From assembly GCA_037189525.1 (NCBI GenBank), contig JBBCJC010000001.1, forward strand, positions 256,001 through 320,000: 64,000 nucleotides of DNA, in the 5' to 3' direction. Both the position numbers and the translations under genes were made by a program. Every line of letters starts with the position of its first letter. Position 1 is the stretch's first letter. Shown one piece after another: positions 40,149-49,527 of this stretch. Under the pieces are notes generated by a model that had not been told where the DNA came from, did not search any database, and saw only the letters and a list, made by a program, of their open reading frames with translations. This DNA is from Gemmatimonadales bacterium (GTDB lineage Bacteria > Gemmatimonadota > Gemmatimonadetes > Gemmatimonadales > GWC2-71-9).

Positions 40149-40654
40149 CACCCAGGCGCCCGGCCACCATCCTCGGCATCGACCCCGGCACCGGTTTGAT
40201 CGGGTACGGGGTCGTCACGCGTGACGAACCGGGACGGATGGGGCGGTTGATCGAGTGCGGCGTGATCCGCACCTCGCCCGGGGCTCCGCTGCCGGACCGT
40301 CTCAAGACCATTCACGAAGGCCTCGGCGAGTTGGTCGCTCGGCACGCACCGACCGTGCTGGCCGTCGAGAACATCTTCTACGGCAAGAACGTGCGCACCA
40401 CGGCCGTACTCGGCCACGCCCGCGGCGTCATCCTGCTGGCCGGCGCGCTGGCCGCGATTCCGGTGTTCGAGTACTCCCCGGCCACGGTCAAGAAAACCAT
40501 CGTCGGCCGAGGCGCGGCGCTCAAACCGCAGGTAGGGTTCATGGTTGCCAAGCTGCTCGGTCTCAAAACCGCCCCCAGACCGGCCGATGCCGCGGACGCC
40601 GTGGCGGTCGCGATGACGCACCTCCTGCTCGACCGGACCCGGAGCCTCCGATGA
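40145..40654 (+). CDS. ruvC: Holliday junction resolvase
   Basis: ILGIDPG, VENIF, HARGV, DAADAVAVA. Confidence 0.95.
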   Translation: MTPRRPATILGIDPGTGLIGYGVVTRDEPGRMGRLIECGVIRTSPGAPLPDRLKTIHEGLGELVARHAPTVLAVENIFYGKNVRTTAVLGHARGVILLAGALAAIPVFEYSPATVKKTIVGRGAALKPQVGFMVAKLLGLKTAPRPADAADAVAVAMTHLLLDRTRSLR

Positions 40655-41262
40655 TTGCCGTCGTCAACGGCGTGCTGGCCGCCCGGGTGGGAGACGCCAT
40701 CATCCTGCAGACCGATGGCGGGGTCGGCTACGAAATCACCGTTCCACTCGGTGTGATGGAACGGCTTCCCGCGGTGGGACAGCGCTGCGCCCTCCAGACG
40801 GAACTGGTCATCCGGGAAGATGCCTGGACCCTGTACGGCTTCGACCGGGCCGGCGATCGTGTCATCTTTCAGCGTCTGCTCACGGCCAGCGGATTCGGCC
40901 CCAAACTGGCCCTGGCAATGCTGTCGAGCCTGGGCCCCGAGCGCACGGTCCGGTCGATCCAGGGCAAGGATGTCGCCGCACTTTCGACCGTGCCGGGGAT
41001 CGGTCGCAAAAAAGCGGAGCGGCTGATCCTCGAGCTGCACGATCGGTTTGCCGACCTGGCGGTCGAGCCGAGCGGGCTGCGCACCACGTCCGCCGCGGAC
41101 GAGGCCGCCCGGGCGCTGGTGGCGCTGGGCTACCTGCCCGCGCAAGCCGACGAAGCCGTGCGCACCGCGCTTGGTGCGAACGCCGAGGGCGATTCGGCGG
41201 CGTTGATTCGCCGTGCGCTCCAGATTTTGACTGCCCCGAAGGGCAAGGGAGGACGTCCGTGA
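40651..41262 (+). CDS. ruvA: Holliday junction branch-migration protein RuvA
   Basis: GVGYEI, REDAWTLYGF, GFGPKLA, PGIGRKKAER, ALVALGY. Confidence 0.95.
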   Translation: MIAVVNGVLAARVGDAIILQTDGGVGYEITVPLGVMERLPAVGQRCALQTELVIREDAWTLYGFDRAGDRVIFQRLLTASGFGPKLALAMLSSLGPERTVRSIQGKDVAALSTVPGIGRKKAERLILELHDRFADLAVEPSGLRTTSAADEAARALVALGYLPAQADEAVRTALGANAEGDSAALIRRALQILTAPKGKGGRP

Positions 41263-41468
41263 CCACACCCATCATTCCGCTGCCCGGCAGCATCGCCCGG
41301 GGTCCGCGGGTCACCGCCGAGTGGCAGTGCACCAAGTGCGGGGTGACCAACCGCAAGTTTCTGCCGGCAGACACCACGGTTGCCGAGGACAAGTGCGTCA
41401 CCTGCCATACCAAGCACCTGATCTGGCCGGGCGACCGTCCGGTCCGCTGGTACGCCGAGCCGGCCTGA
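41259..41468 (+). CDS. Small Zn-ribbon protein (69 aa)
   Basis: CTKC...CVTC; RBS GGAGG; GTGA overlap with the ruvA stop. Confidence 0.75.
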   Translation: MTTPIIPLPGSIARGPRVTAEWQCTKCGVTNRKFLPADTTVAEDKCVTCHTKHLIWPGDRPVRWYAEPA

Positions 41469-41481
41469 TCGGTTGCCGACG

Positions 41482-42510
41482 GTGACGCGCGTCGAGGTCA
41501 CGACCCCGGACGAACTCCCCGAGGAGAGCGGCGCCGACGCGGCGCTCCGCCCTTCCCGGCTCGATGATTTCATCGGGCAGGAGGGCGTCAAAGGGTCGCT
41601 GCAGATCGCGATCGATGCGGCGCGGGCCCGTCGGGACACGCTCGACCACATCCTCTTCTTCGGCCCTCCCGGGCTCGGCAAGACCACGCTGGCCATGCTG
41701 ATGGCCCGGGAAATGGGCGTCCAGATCCGGACCACCTCGGGCCCGGTATTGGAAAAGCCCGGCGACCTGGTCGGCCTGCTCACCGGGCTTGGCCGCGGCG
41801 ACATCCTCTTCATCGATGAGATCCATCGGCTCCGGCCGGTGCTCGAAGAATTCCTCTATCCCGCCATGGAGGATTTCCGGGTCGACGTCCGGATTGCCGA
41901 AGGGCCGAACGCGCAGACCATCCCGATGGCGATCGAGCCGTTCACGCTGGTGGGCGCCACCACCCGCTTCGGCCAGCTGACACCACCGATGCGGGCCCGG
42001 TTCGGGATCGTGGAACGGCTCAACTTCTATGGCCCGGACGATCTGGCCCGGATCGTGACCCGCTCGGCCGGGCTGCTCAGCGTACCGACCGAGGAGTCCG
42101 GCGCGCTGGAAATCGCGAGGCGGAGCCGAGGCACCCCGCGCATCGCCAACCGCTTGCTGCGCCGGGTGCGGGACTATGCGCAGGTCCGCGCCGACGGCGT
42201 CATCACCGCCGAGGTAGCCGGGCGCGCGCTGGCACGGCTCAACGTCGACGAGTTCGGGCTCGACGACATGGATGCGCGGATCCTCGCCACCATCATCGAG
42301 AAATTCGGCGGCGGACCGGTCGGCCTGCAGACGTTAGGCGCGGCGGTGGGCGAGGACAGCGGCACCCTCGAAGAGGTGTACGAGCCGTATCTCCTGCAGC
42401 AGGGTTTTCTCGAACGGACCCCGCGGGGCCGGGTCGCGACCGGGGCCGCCTATCGTCGCTTTGGGATGACTCCGCCGGCCGGCGGCAGCGGCCAGGGCTC
42501 GCTGCTGTAA
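41482..42510 (+). CDS. ruvB: Holliday junction helicase RuvB
   Basis: LRP...[35 protein letters not shown]; start 41473 or 41482. Confidence 0.97.
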   Translation: MTRVEVTTPDELPEESGADAALRPSRLDDFIGQEGVKGSLQIAIDAARARRDTLDHILFFGPPGLGKTTLAMLMAREMGVQIRTTSGPVLEKPGDLVGLLTGLGRGDILFIDEIHRLRPVLEEFLYPAMEDFRVDVRIAEGPNAQTIPMAIEPFTLVGATTRFGQLTPPMRARFGIVERLNFYGPDDLARIVTRSAGLLSVPTEESGALEIARRSRGTPRIANRLLRRVRDYAQVRADGVITAEVAGRALARLNVDEFGLDDMDARILATIIEKFGGGPVGLQTLGAAVGEDSGTLEEVYEPYLLQQGFLERTPRGRVATGAAYRRFGMTPPAGGSGQGSLL

Positions 42511-42524
42511 CGCTGTAAGCGCAA

Positions 42525-43547
42525 ATGCGCGTCGACGATTTCGACTTCGAGCTTCCCCAGGAACTCATCGCCCAGACGCCGGCGCCCACCCGGCAGCAGA
42601 GTCGCTTGCTGACCGTGCGGCGCTCGGACGGCGTCATCGGCCACGCCGACTTTTCCGTCCTGCTCCACGAAATGGCAGCGGGCGACCTCCTCGTCCTCAA
42701 CTCCACCCGGGTCCGCCATGCCCGCCTGCTGGGCACCAGGCCGTCAGGCGCGCCGGCGGAGGTGCTGCTGATCCACCCGGGCACCGACGGCACCTGGGTC
42801 GCGATGGGCAAGCCGGGTCACGCGCTCCGTCCCGGTAAACGCATTGTTCTAGGCGACGGGATCGAGATCGAAACGGTCGAAGTGCTGGACGGGCCCAACC
42901 GGTTGGTGCGCTTCGTCGGCGGCACTGCGGACGCGGCCATGGCCCGCTTCGGCCGGCTGCCGTTGCCGCCGTACATTGCGCGGGAACCGGACGCGACCGA
43001 CGAGGATCGCTATCAGACCGTCTTTGCGGATCGGGAAGGCAGCGTGGCCGCGCCGACAGCCGGGCTCCATTTCGACTGGCCGCTCTTGTCGGCGCTGGAA
43101 GCGGCCGGAATCCGGGTCGAATATCTCGACCTGGAAGTCGGCCCGGGCACCTTCCGGCCGGTCGAAGTCGACGATCCTCGCGAGCATCCGATGCATCCCG
43201 AGAAGTTCCGGATTCCCGAGCGCCTCGCATCGGCCGTTGCGGATACCCGCCGGGCCGGGAAAGCGGTGTGGGCCGTCGGCACCACCGTAGTGCGGTCACT
43301 CGAAGCCGCTGCCGACGACCACGATACCGTGCGCCCGGGCGACCAGGAAACCAATCTCCTGATCCTGCCCGGCTACCGATTCAAGGTCGTCGACCGGCTG
43401 ATCACCAACTTTCACCTCCCCCGTTCCACGCTCTTCATGCTGGTCTCGGCCTTCGGAGGCACCGACCTGGTCCGCCAGGCCTACCAGACGGCCATTGCGC
43501 ATCGCTATCGGTTCTACTCCTACGGCGACGCGATGCTGCTCCGCTGA
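42525..43547 (+). CDS. queA: S-adenosylmethionine:tRNA ribosyltransferase-isomerase
   Basis: FDFELP.ELIAQ, PLPPYI, YQTV, AAPTAGLHF, TNFHLP.STL, YRFYSYGD. Confidence 0.96.
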   Translation: MRVDDFDFELPQELIAQTPAPTRQQSRLLTVRRSDGVIGHADFSVLLHEMAAGDLLVLNSTRVRHARLLGTRPSGAPAEVLLIHPGTDGTWVAMGKPGHALRPGKRIVLGDGIEIETVEVLDGPNRLVRFVGGTADAAMARFGRLPLPPYIAREPDATDEDRYQTVFADREGSVAAPTAGLHFDWPLLSALEAAGIRVEYLDLEVGPGTFRPVEVDDPREHPMHPEKFRIPERLASAVADTRRAGKAVWAVGTTVVRSLEAAADDHDTVRPGDQETNLLILPGYRFKVVDRLITNFHLPRSTLFMLVSAFGGTDLVRQAYQTAIAHRYRFYSYGDAMLLR

Positions 43548-43559
43548 CGGACAGGGGCG

Positions 43560-43588
43560 GTTGCACAATCGTGGCACGGACGTGACAG
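43560..43588 (-). promoter_or_regulatory. Three 11-bp-phased Pho-box-like heptamers upstream of the phytase
   Basis: Minus strand CTGTCAC-gtcc-GTGCCAC-gatt-GTGCAAC. Confidence 0.4.
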
Positions 43589-43640
43589 GCCTGAGGGCAG
43601 GCTTGGCGACTTTGCGCCCATCGCAAGCCTGGATCCTCGA

Positions 43641-44702
43641 ATGAAGCAGTTGCTGACACTCGCCGGCGCCACGCTGTTGGCTGCCTGCGCCGAATCGAAG
43701 CCCGCAGCCGACACCACCACGCCGCTGACGATTGCCGTGGTGGGTGAGGCATATCAGACCGAGCGCGACACGCTGCTCGATATCGATTCGCCGGCCGTCT
43801 GGCACGGGCCGAACGGCGAGCACTGGATGCTGGTGACGGCCAAGCATGGCGACATCATCCGTGTGGCCGACGCCTCGACCGGGAAAACGCTCCGCGATGT
43901 GGGCGGATCGGGCACCGGGCTGGGCCAGTTCGAACGGCCCAACGGCATTGCCGTGATCGACAGCCTGCTCTTTGTCGTGGAGCGCGACAACAGGCGGGTC
44001 CAGGTGATGACCCTGCCCTCCTTCCGACCGATCGGCAGCTACGGCACCCCCGAGCTGATCAAGCCATATGGCGTCGCGGTGCGGCAAGAGGCCCCGGGCG
44101 TCTACGACACCTGGATCACCGACAGCTACGAACTGGTCGAGGACCAGGTGCCGCCCGACAGCGCTCTCGGACGCCGGATTCGCCACTACCGGGTCAGCGT
44201 AGCTGGCGGATCGATCGAGACCACCATGGTCGCGGCCTTCGGCGACACCACCGGCGCCGGCGTGCTCCGGGTGGTGGAGTCGATTGCCGTCGACCCGCCC
44301 AACGACCGGCTGCTCATTGCCGAAGAGTTGGAGGGCGAATCGATGCTCAAGGTCTACACGATGGCCGGTCGGTTCACCGGCGACACGGTTGCCCGACGCT
44401 ATTTCCCGAATCAGGCCGAGGGAATCGCGCTCTTTGCCTGCAGCGACGGCGATGGGTATTGGATCACGACCGACCAGGGCAAGGGACGGAACACCTTCCA
44501 CCTGTTTGCCCGGAAGGATCTCGCATACCGGGGGTCGTTCCAGAGTCCCACCATCCTCAACACGGACGGCATCGCCCTGACCCAGGTGTCCTTCCCGGGC
44601 TTTCCGGCCGGCGCCTTCTTCGCCGTGCACGACGACGGCGGCGTCGCGGCCCTGTCCTGGGAGGCCATTGCCAAGGGGTTGGGACTCCGAATCAGCTGCT
44701 GA
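43641..44702 (+). CDS. Beta-propeller phytase-like lipoprotein
   Basis: Lipobox LAAC; DSPAVW, RPNGI, VESIAVD, AEE, QAEGIAL, TDQG, NTDGI, VHDD. Confidence 0.75.
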   Translation: MKQLLTLAGATLLAACAESKPAADTTTPLTIAVVGEAYQTERDTLLDIDSPAVWHGPNGEHWMLVTAKHGDIIRVADASTGKTLRDVGGSGTGLGQFERPNGIAVIDSLLFVVERDNRRVQVMTLPSFRPIGSYGTPELIKPYGVAVRQEAPGVYDTWITDSYELVEDQVPPDSALGRRIRHYRVSVAGGSIETTMVAAFGDTTGAGVLRVVESIAVDPPNDRLLIAEELEGESMLKVYTMAGRFTGDTVARRYFPNQAEGIALFACSDGDGYWITTDQGKGRNTFHLFARKDLAYRGSFQSPTILNTDGIALTQVSFPGFPAGAFFAVHDDGGVAALSWEAIAKGLGLRISC

Positions 44703-44794
44703 CGGTACGGCGGTCGGCTCCACCTCATAATCGACGCCCGGCAGACGAACGCTGCCGTGCGTCGACTATTTTGGGCTGACCCGGTCCCGTTGCC

Positions 44795-45715
44795 ATGCAT
44801 ATCGTCCTGCTCTACCACCAGCGCATCCCGATCGAGCGATACGGCGGCACCGAACGCGTCGTGGTCTGGCACGCCCGCGGCCTGGTGGAGCTGGGACATC
44901 GTGTCACCCTGATCGGGCCGCCCGGCTGCCGGGTACCCGATGTCGGCTACACCCCGGTCGACTCGACCGCCGTGGCGCAGTGGGACTTCGACATCCGTCC
45001 CTACCTTCCGCCGGACGCCGACCTGATTCATGCGCACCGACCGTTCGTGCCGATTGCGGAGCTGCCGTCGGTCTGGACCATGCATGGGCTGCGCACCAGC
45101 AGCCGGACCTACCCCGCCGGGATGATCTGCCTCTCCCGCGACCACGCCGCGCGGCTGGGTTGCTCGACCTACGTCTACAATGGGCTCGACCCCGCCGAGT
45201 ATCGCTTCGAGCCCATCAAAGGGAACTACGACCTGTTTCTGGGCCGGCTCCGCACCATCAAGGGATGGCGCTGGGCCATCGATGGCGCGCGCCGCACTCG
45301 GAAAAAGCTGATCATCGCGGGCGCCTGGCGACCGTCGCTCCGCCCCGGCCTCAGATTCGTCGGCGAGGTCGGCGGCGCCGAAAAGCGAGACCTGATTGCC
45401 TTGGCGCAGTGTCTCTGGATGCCCGCGCTCTGGGACGAACCGTTCGGTCTCACCCTGATCGAGGCCATGGCCAGCGGAACTCCCGTTCTCGGCACCAGGC
45501 GCGGGGCGTTGCCCGAGATCGTCACCCCGGAGTGCGGCGCTCTGGGCGACACCCTCGACGAACTGGTCGACCTCCGGGCCGTGATCGACCGGCTCGACCC
45601 CAAAGCAGGCCGCGCCCGCGTCCTGGCGCATTTCACCCATCGGATCATGGCGGAAGGGTACCTGGCCGTCTACCGGCACCTGCTCGACACCGGGACCCTG
45701 CCAGCCCATCTTTGA
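44795..45715 (+). CDS. Glycosyltransferase family 4, compact
   Basis: YGGTERVV, FLGR...KG, WDEPFGLTLIEAMASGTPV. Confidence 0.9.
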   Translation: MHIVLLYHQRIPIERYGGTERVVVWHARGLVELGHRVTLIGPPGCRVPDVGYTPVDSTAVAQWDFDIRPYLPPDADLIHAHRPFVPIAELPSVWTMHGLRTSSRTYPAGMICLSRDHAARLGCSTYVYNGLDPAEYRFEPIKGNYDLFLGRLRTIKGWRWAIDGARRTRKKLIIAGAWRPSLRPGLRFVGEVGGAEKRDLIALAQCLWMPALWDEPFGLTLIEAMASGTPVLGTRRGALPEIVTPECGALGDTLDELVDLRAVIDRLDPKAGRARVLAHFTHRIMAEGYLAVYRHLLDTGTLPAHL

Positions 45716-45721
45716 CCCCCC

Positions 45722-46861
45722 ATGTTCGAATTCGAGCTGAACGCCACCGACGAGCGGGCGCGCGCCGGGCGCCTTCGACTGCCCCACGGCATCGTGGAAA
45801 CTCCGGCGTTCATGCCGGTCGGCACGCTGGGTGCCGTGCGCGGCCTGCATCCGCTCGAGGTCGAGCGAGCCGGCGCGCAGATCATCCTGGGCAATACCTA
45901 TCACCTCCACCTGCGTCCCGGTGAAGAGGTGGTGCGCACCATGGGCGGGTTGCACCGGTTCACCACCTGGCCCCGCCCGATGCTGACCGACTCGGGCGGC
46001 TTTCAGGTCTTCTCGCTGGCAACGCTGCGCAAGATCGCCGAAGAGGGGGTCGAGTTTACCAGCCACGTCGACGGGAGCCGCCGGTTTCTGACCCCCGAAA
46101 GCGCCATGGAGATCCAGTACGCGCTGGGGGCCGACATCGCGATGGCCTTCGACCACGTGGTGCCGGGCGGCGCCGATCGGTCGCTGGCGGAAGAAGGAAT
46201 GAAGCGGAGTCTCCGCTGGCTCGAGCGCTGCCGGATTCGGCATCAGGCGCTCACGGCGGACGACCAGGATCGCCAGACGCTCTGGCCCATCATCCAGGGT
46301 GGCACCTTCGACGACTTGCGGCGCCAGTCGCTGGAGGGCACGCTGACGCTGGGCGACTGGACCGGGACGGCCATCGGCGGGCTCTCGGTCGGCGAGCCCA
46401 AACCCGTGATGCATCGCATCTTGGATGAGCTCGAACCGGGCCTGCCCCGAGACCGCCCCCGTTATCTTATGGGGGTTGGGTTCCCCGAGGATCTGGTCGA
46501 GGGAATCGCGCGGGGGGTCGACCTGTTCGACTGCGTCGCGGCCACTCGGAACGGGCGGCACGGTAGCGCGTGGACGATGCAGGGGCGCGTCAACATCCGG
46601 AAAGCGGCACACCGGACCGCCGACGAGCCGCTCGACCCGACCTGCGACTGTGAAACCTGCCAGCGGTTTTCCCGGAGCTACCTCCGTCACCTGTTCGTGG
46701 CCGAGGAAATCCTGGGGCTCCGGCTGGTCGCGCTCCACAATATCCGGTTCCTGATCCGAATCGGTGAGCAGGCCAGGACGGCAATCCTGGAAGGGCGTTT
46801 TCAGAACTGGCGCCGCGAATGGCACGCGGCTTACTCAAACGGCAGTGAGACGACGACATGA
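45722..46861 (+). CDS. tgt: tRNA-guanine(34) transglycosylase
   Basis: ETPAFMPVGT, NTYHL, TDSGGFQ, GGLSVGE, FDCV, CDC..C...H Zn site. Confidence 0.96.
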   Translation: MFEFELNATDERARAGRLRLPHGIVETPAFMPVGTLGAVRGLHPLEVERAGAQIILGNTYHLHLRPGEEVVRTMGGLHRFTTWPRPMLTDSGGFQVFSLATLRKIAEEGVEFTSHVDGSRRFLTPESAMEIQYALGADIAMAFDHVVPGGADRSLAEEGMKRSLRWLERCRIRHQALTADDQDRQTLWPIIQGGTFDDLRRQSLEGTLTLGDWTGTAIGGLSVGEPKPVMHRILDELEPGLPRDRPRYLMGVGFPEDLVEGIARGVDLFDCVAATRNGRHGSAWTMQGRVNIRKAAHRTADEPLDPTCDCETCQRFSRSYLRHLFVAEEILGLRLVALHNIRFLIRIGEQARTAILEGRFQNWRREWHAAYSNGSETTT

Positions 46862-47199
46862 CGATGCACACCTTGTTTGCGCTTGCGTTCGCAGCACCGG
46901 CCGAAGGCAGCGGTGGCAGCGGGCTCATGGTGTTGTTCATCCAGTTCGGCGCCCTGATCGCGATCTTCTACTTCCTGCTGATCCGGCCGCAGAGCCAGGC
47001 GCGGAAGAAGCATGCCCAGCTGCTGGCCGGTCTCAAGCGGAACGACGAGATCATCACCGCCGGCGGCATCATCGGCAAAGTAAAGAACATCAACGAGAAC
47101 AAGGTCACGATCGAGAGCGGCAACGCCGAACTGATCATCGAACGTTCTCGGATCATCCAGGTGGGCGGCGAAGTGTCTCCCACCGCCACGCAACAGTAG
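46858..47199 (+). CDS. yajC: Preprotein translocase subunit YajC
   Basis: FYFLLIRPQ, DEIITAGGIIGKV; follows tgt. Confidence 0.93.
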   Translation: MTMHTLFALAFAAPAEGSGGSGLMVLFIQFGALIAIFYFLLIRPQSQARKKHAQLLAGLKRNDEIITAGGIIGKVKNINENKVTIESGNAELIIERSRIIQVGGEVSPTATQQ

Positions 47200-47214
47200 G
47201 AGCTGCAGGACACG

Positions 47215-47748
47215 ATGGCGCTGCTCGATATCCACCTGCTGGGCTCCCCGATCCTCCGCAAGCAAGCGGCCGAGGTCACGGAGGTCGACGACGCGCTGCG
47301 CCAGTTCATCGACGATCTCTTCGAGACGATGGACGCCGCGGAAGGGGTCGGTCTGGCCGCGACTCAGGTCGGCGTGGCCAAGCGGGTGGCTGTAGTTGGT
47401 ATCGAGGACGACCGGTTCGTGATGATCAATCCGGTCCTCTCGAAGCTCGAAGGACGGGTCCGTGGCGAAGAGGGCTGTCTCTCGGTGCCCGACGTGTCGG
47501 GCGAAGTGATCCGCGCCGAGCGGCTGGTGCTCGAAGCGCTGGATCGCGACGGCAAGCCGTACCGGCGGGAACTCGAAGGGTACACGGCGCGCGCCGTCCA
47601 GCACGAGGTCGATCACCTGGACGGCGTGATGTTCTTCGATCACCTGAGCCTGCTCAAGCGCGAACTGCTGCTCCGCCGCTGGAAGAAAGACAACCCCAAC
47701 GCCGGCCTGACGCGGAAGATCGTCCCGAAGACCGCCCAGCAGCCCTAG
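47215..47748 (+). CDS. def: Peptide deformylase
   Basis: GVGLAATQ, EGCLS, QHEVDHLDG. Confidence 0.97.
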   Translation: MALLDIHLLGSPILRKQAAEVTEVDDALRQFIDDLFETMDAAEGVGLAATQVGVAKRVAVVGIEDDRFVMINPVLSKLEGRVRGEEGCLSVPDVSGEVIRAERLVLEALDRDGKPYRRELEGYTARAVQHEVDHLDGVMFFDHLSLLKRELLLRRWKKDNPNAGLTRKIVPKTAQQP

Positions 47749-48672
47749 ATGCGGATCGTGTTTTTCGGCACCCCGGATTTTGCGGTGCCGAGCCTGGAAG
47801 CCCTGGTTGCTGCGCACCACGCCGTCGTCCTCGCCGTTACCCAGCCGGATCGTCCGCGGGGCCGCTCCCGCTCCAATCTGATGCCGCCGCCGGTCAAGGC
47901 CCGCGCCGAATCGCTGGCGATTCCGGTGCTGCAGCCGGACCGTCCGCGCGGCGAAGAGTTCGAAGCCGCCTTGCGCGCCGCCCACGCCGATCTCGGCGTC
48001 GTGGTGGCTTATGGGCACATCCTCAAGCCCGAGGTCCTGGCCATTCCGCGGCTCGGCATGATCAACGTCCACGCGAGCCTGCTGCCCGTGTGGCGCGGCG
48101 CCGGGCCGATCCAGGCGGCCATCGCGGCGGGCGACCTGACTACCGGCGTGACCATCATGCAGATGGAAGCCGGACTCGACAGTGGCCCGGCCATCCTGAC
48201 CCGTTCGGTACCGATCAAGCCTCACGAAACCACCGGCGAGTTGACCCCGCGCCTCGCCCGCCTGGGAGCGGATGCGCTGGTCGAAGCCGTGGCGCTGCTC
48301 GATGCGGGGCAAGCGACCTTTGCCGCGCAGGACCACAATCGCGCCAGCTACGCATCCAAGGTGACCCGGCAGTCGGCCCGGATCGACTGGAGCGGGTCGG
48401 CTCAGCGGGTGGCCAATCACATCCGCGCGTTCGACCCCGCGCCGGGCGCCTGGTCGTCGACCGGACGGACCGAAGTGAAGTTCTTCCGCCCGGAGGTCGT
48501 GGCCGGCGAGGGCGCTCCCGGCACGGTGCTGAGCCTCACGCCGACGCTGACGATTGCCGCGGGTGGAGCGGCGGTGACAATCGGTGAGGTCCAACCCTCG
48601 GGCAAGAGCCGAATGCGGGCGACCGAGTGGCTCCGCGGTAATCCGATCGCCCCGGGCGACCGGCTGATTTGA
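47749..48672 (+). CDS. fmt: Methionyl-tRNA formyltransferase
   Basis: FFGTPDFA, VTQPDRP, NVHASLLP..RGAGPI, GLDSG. Confidence 0.96.
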   Translation: MRIVFFGTPDFAVPSLEALVAAHHAVVLAVTQPDRPRGRSRSNLMPPPVKARAESLAIPVLQPDRPRGEEFEAALRAAHADLGVVVAYGHILKPEVLAIPRLGMINVHASLLPVWRGAGPIQAAIAAGDLTTGVTIMQMEAGLDSGPAILTRSVPIKPHETTGELTPRLARLGADALVEAVALLDAGQATFAAQDHNRASYASKVTRQSARIDWSGSAQRVANHIRAFDPAPGAWSSTGRTEVKFFRPEVVAGEGAPGTVLSLTPTLTIAAGGAAVTIGEVQPSGKSRMRATEWLRGNPIAPGDRLI

Positions 48673-49301
48673 CGCCCATGCGGCCCCTGCCCCGGGTGCT
48701 CGCGGTGACCGATTCCGCGATCGTCGCGGCGGACGATTTTCCGATCCGCACTGCAGCGATTGCGGCGGCCGGGCCGGCCATCGGCATCGTCGTGCGACAC
48801 CCTGGCGGAAGTTCGGCCGAGCAGCTCGCGGCGCTGGACCGAGTCCGCGCGCTGGCCCGCCCGCCTGAAGCCGCCACGATCGCGCACGGCGACCCGGCAT
48901 TGGCTAGGATAGGGGGAGCCCACGGCGTCCAGCTCCGTGACCGGGATCTGGCCCCCGGGGATGCCCGGACCGTTTTGGGCGACGGATGGATCGGGCTATC
49001 GGTGCATTCGGTCGACGAGGCCCGCGCCGCGCGCGACGCCGGGGTCGACTATCTGGTGGCCGGCGCCATTTTCGAGACGCCGTCGCACCCCGGCCAACCG
49101 GGACGGGGCCTCGACTGGCTGGCGGAGGTGGTTGCCGTCGGAGTTCCGGTCTTTGCCATCGGCGGCGTCACCCCGGAACGGCTTCCCTCGCTGCGCACCG
49201 CGGGGGCATGGGGCATTGCCGCCATCGGCGCCCTGTGGCGGGCCGCGGATTCGGCCAAGGCGGCCGATCAGTTGGTGCGCATCTGGAGTGAGGAGCCATG
49301 A
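48669..49301 (+). CDS. Thiamine-phosphate synthase/TenI-fold protein, divergent
   Basis: GLSVHS, DYLVAGAIFETPSH, PVFAIGG; upstream of thiS-thiG; start 48669 or 48678. Confidence 0.75.
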   Translation: MTPMRPLPRVLAVTDSAIVAADDFPIRTAAIAAAGPAIGIVVRHPGGSSAEQLAALDRVRALARPPEAATIAHGDPALARIGGAHGVQLRDRDLAPGDARTVLGDGWIGLSVHSVDEARAARDAGVDYLVAGAIFETPSHPGQPGRGLDWLAEVVAVGVPVFAIGGVTPERLPSLRTAGAWGIAAIGALWRAADSAKAADQLVRIWSEEP

Positions 49302-49498
49302 ACCTGACCGTCAACGGCGAGCCGAAAACCTTCGAGTCGGTCGCCACCCTGACCGATCTGCTCGCGGCGCTGGGCCTCGACGCCCGCGCCGTCGTGGTCG
49401 AACACAATCGCGCCATCGTCCGGCGACCGGCCCTGGCCGACACGGCCGTTCGCGACGGCGACACCATCGAGATCGTCCACTTCGTCGGCGGCGGCTGA
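49298..49498 (+). CDS. thiS: Sulfur carrier ThiS
   Basis: VNGE...VEHN...EIVHFVGGG C-terminus. Confidence 0.95.
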   Translation: MNLTVNGEPKTFESVATLTDLLAALGLDARAVVVEHNRAIVRRPALADTAVRDGDTIEIVHFVGGG

Positions 49499-49527
49499 GC
49501 AGCCGGATCGCCGGGAAAGAGTGACCT

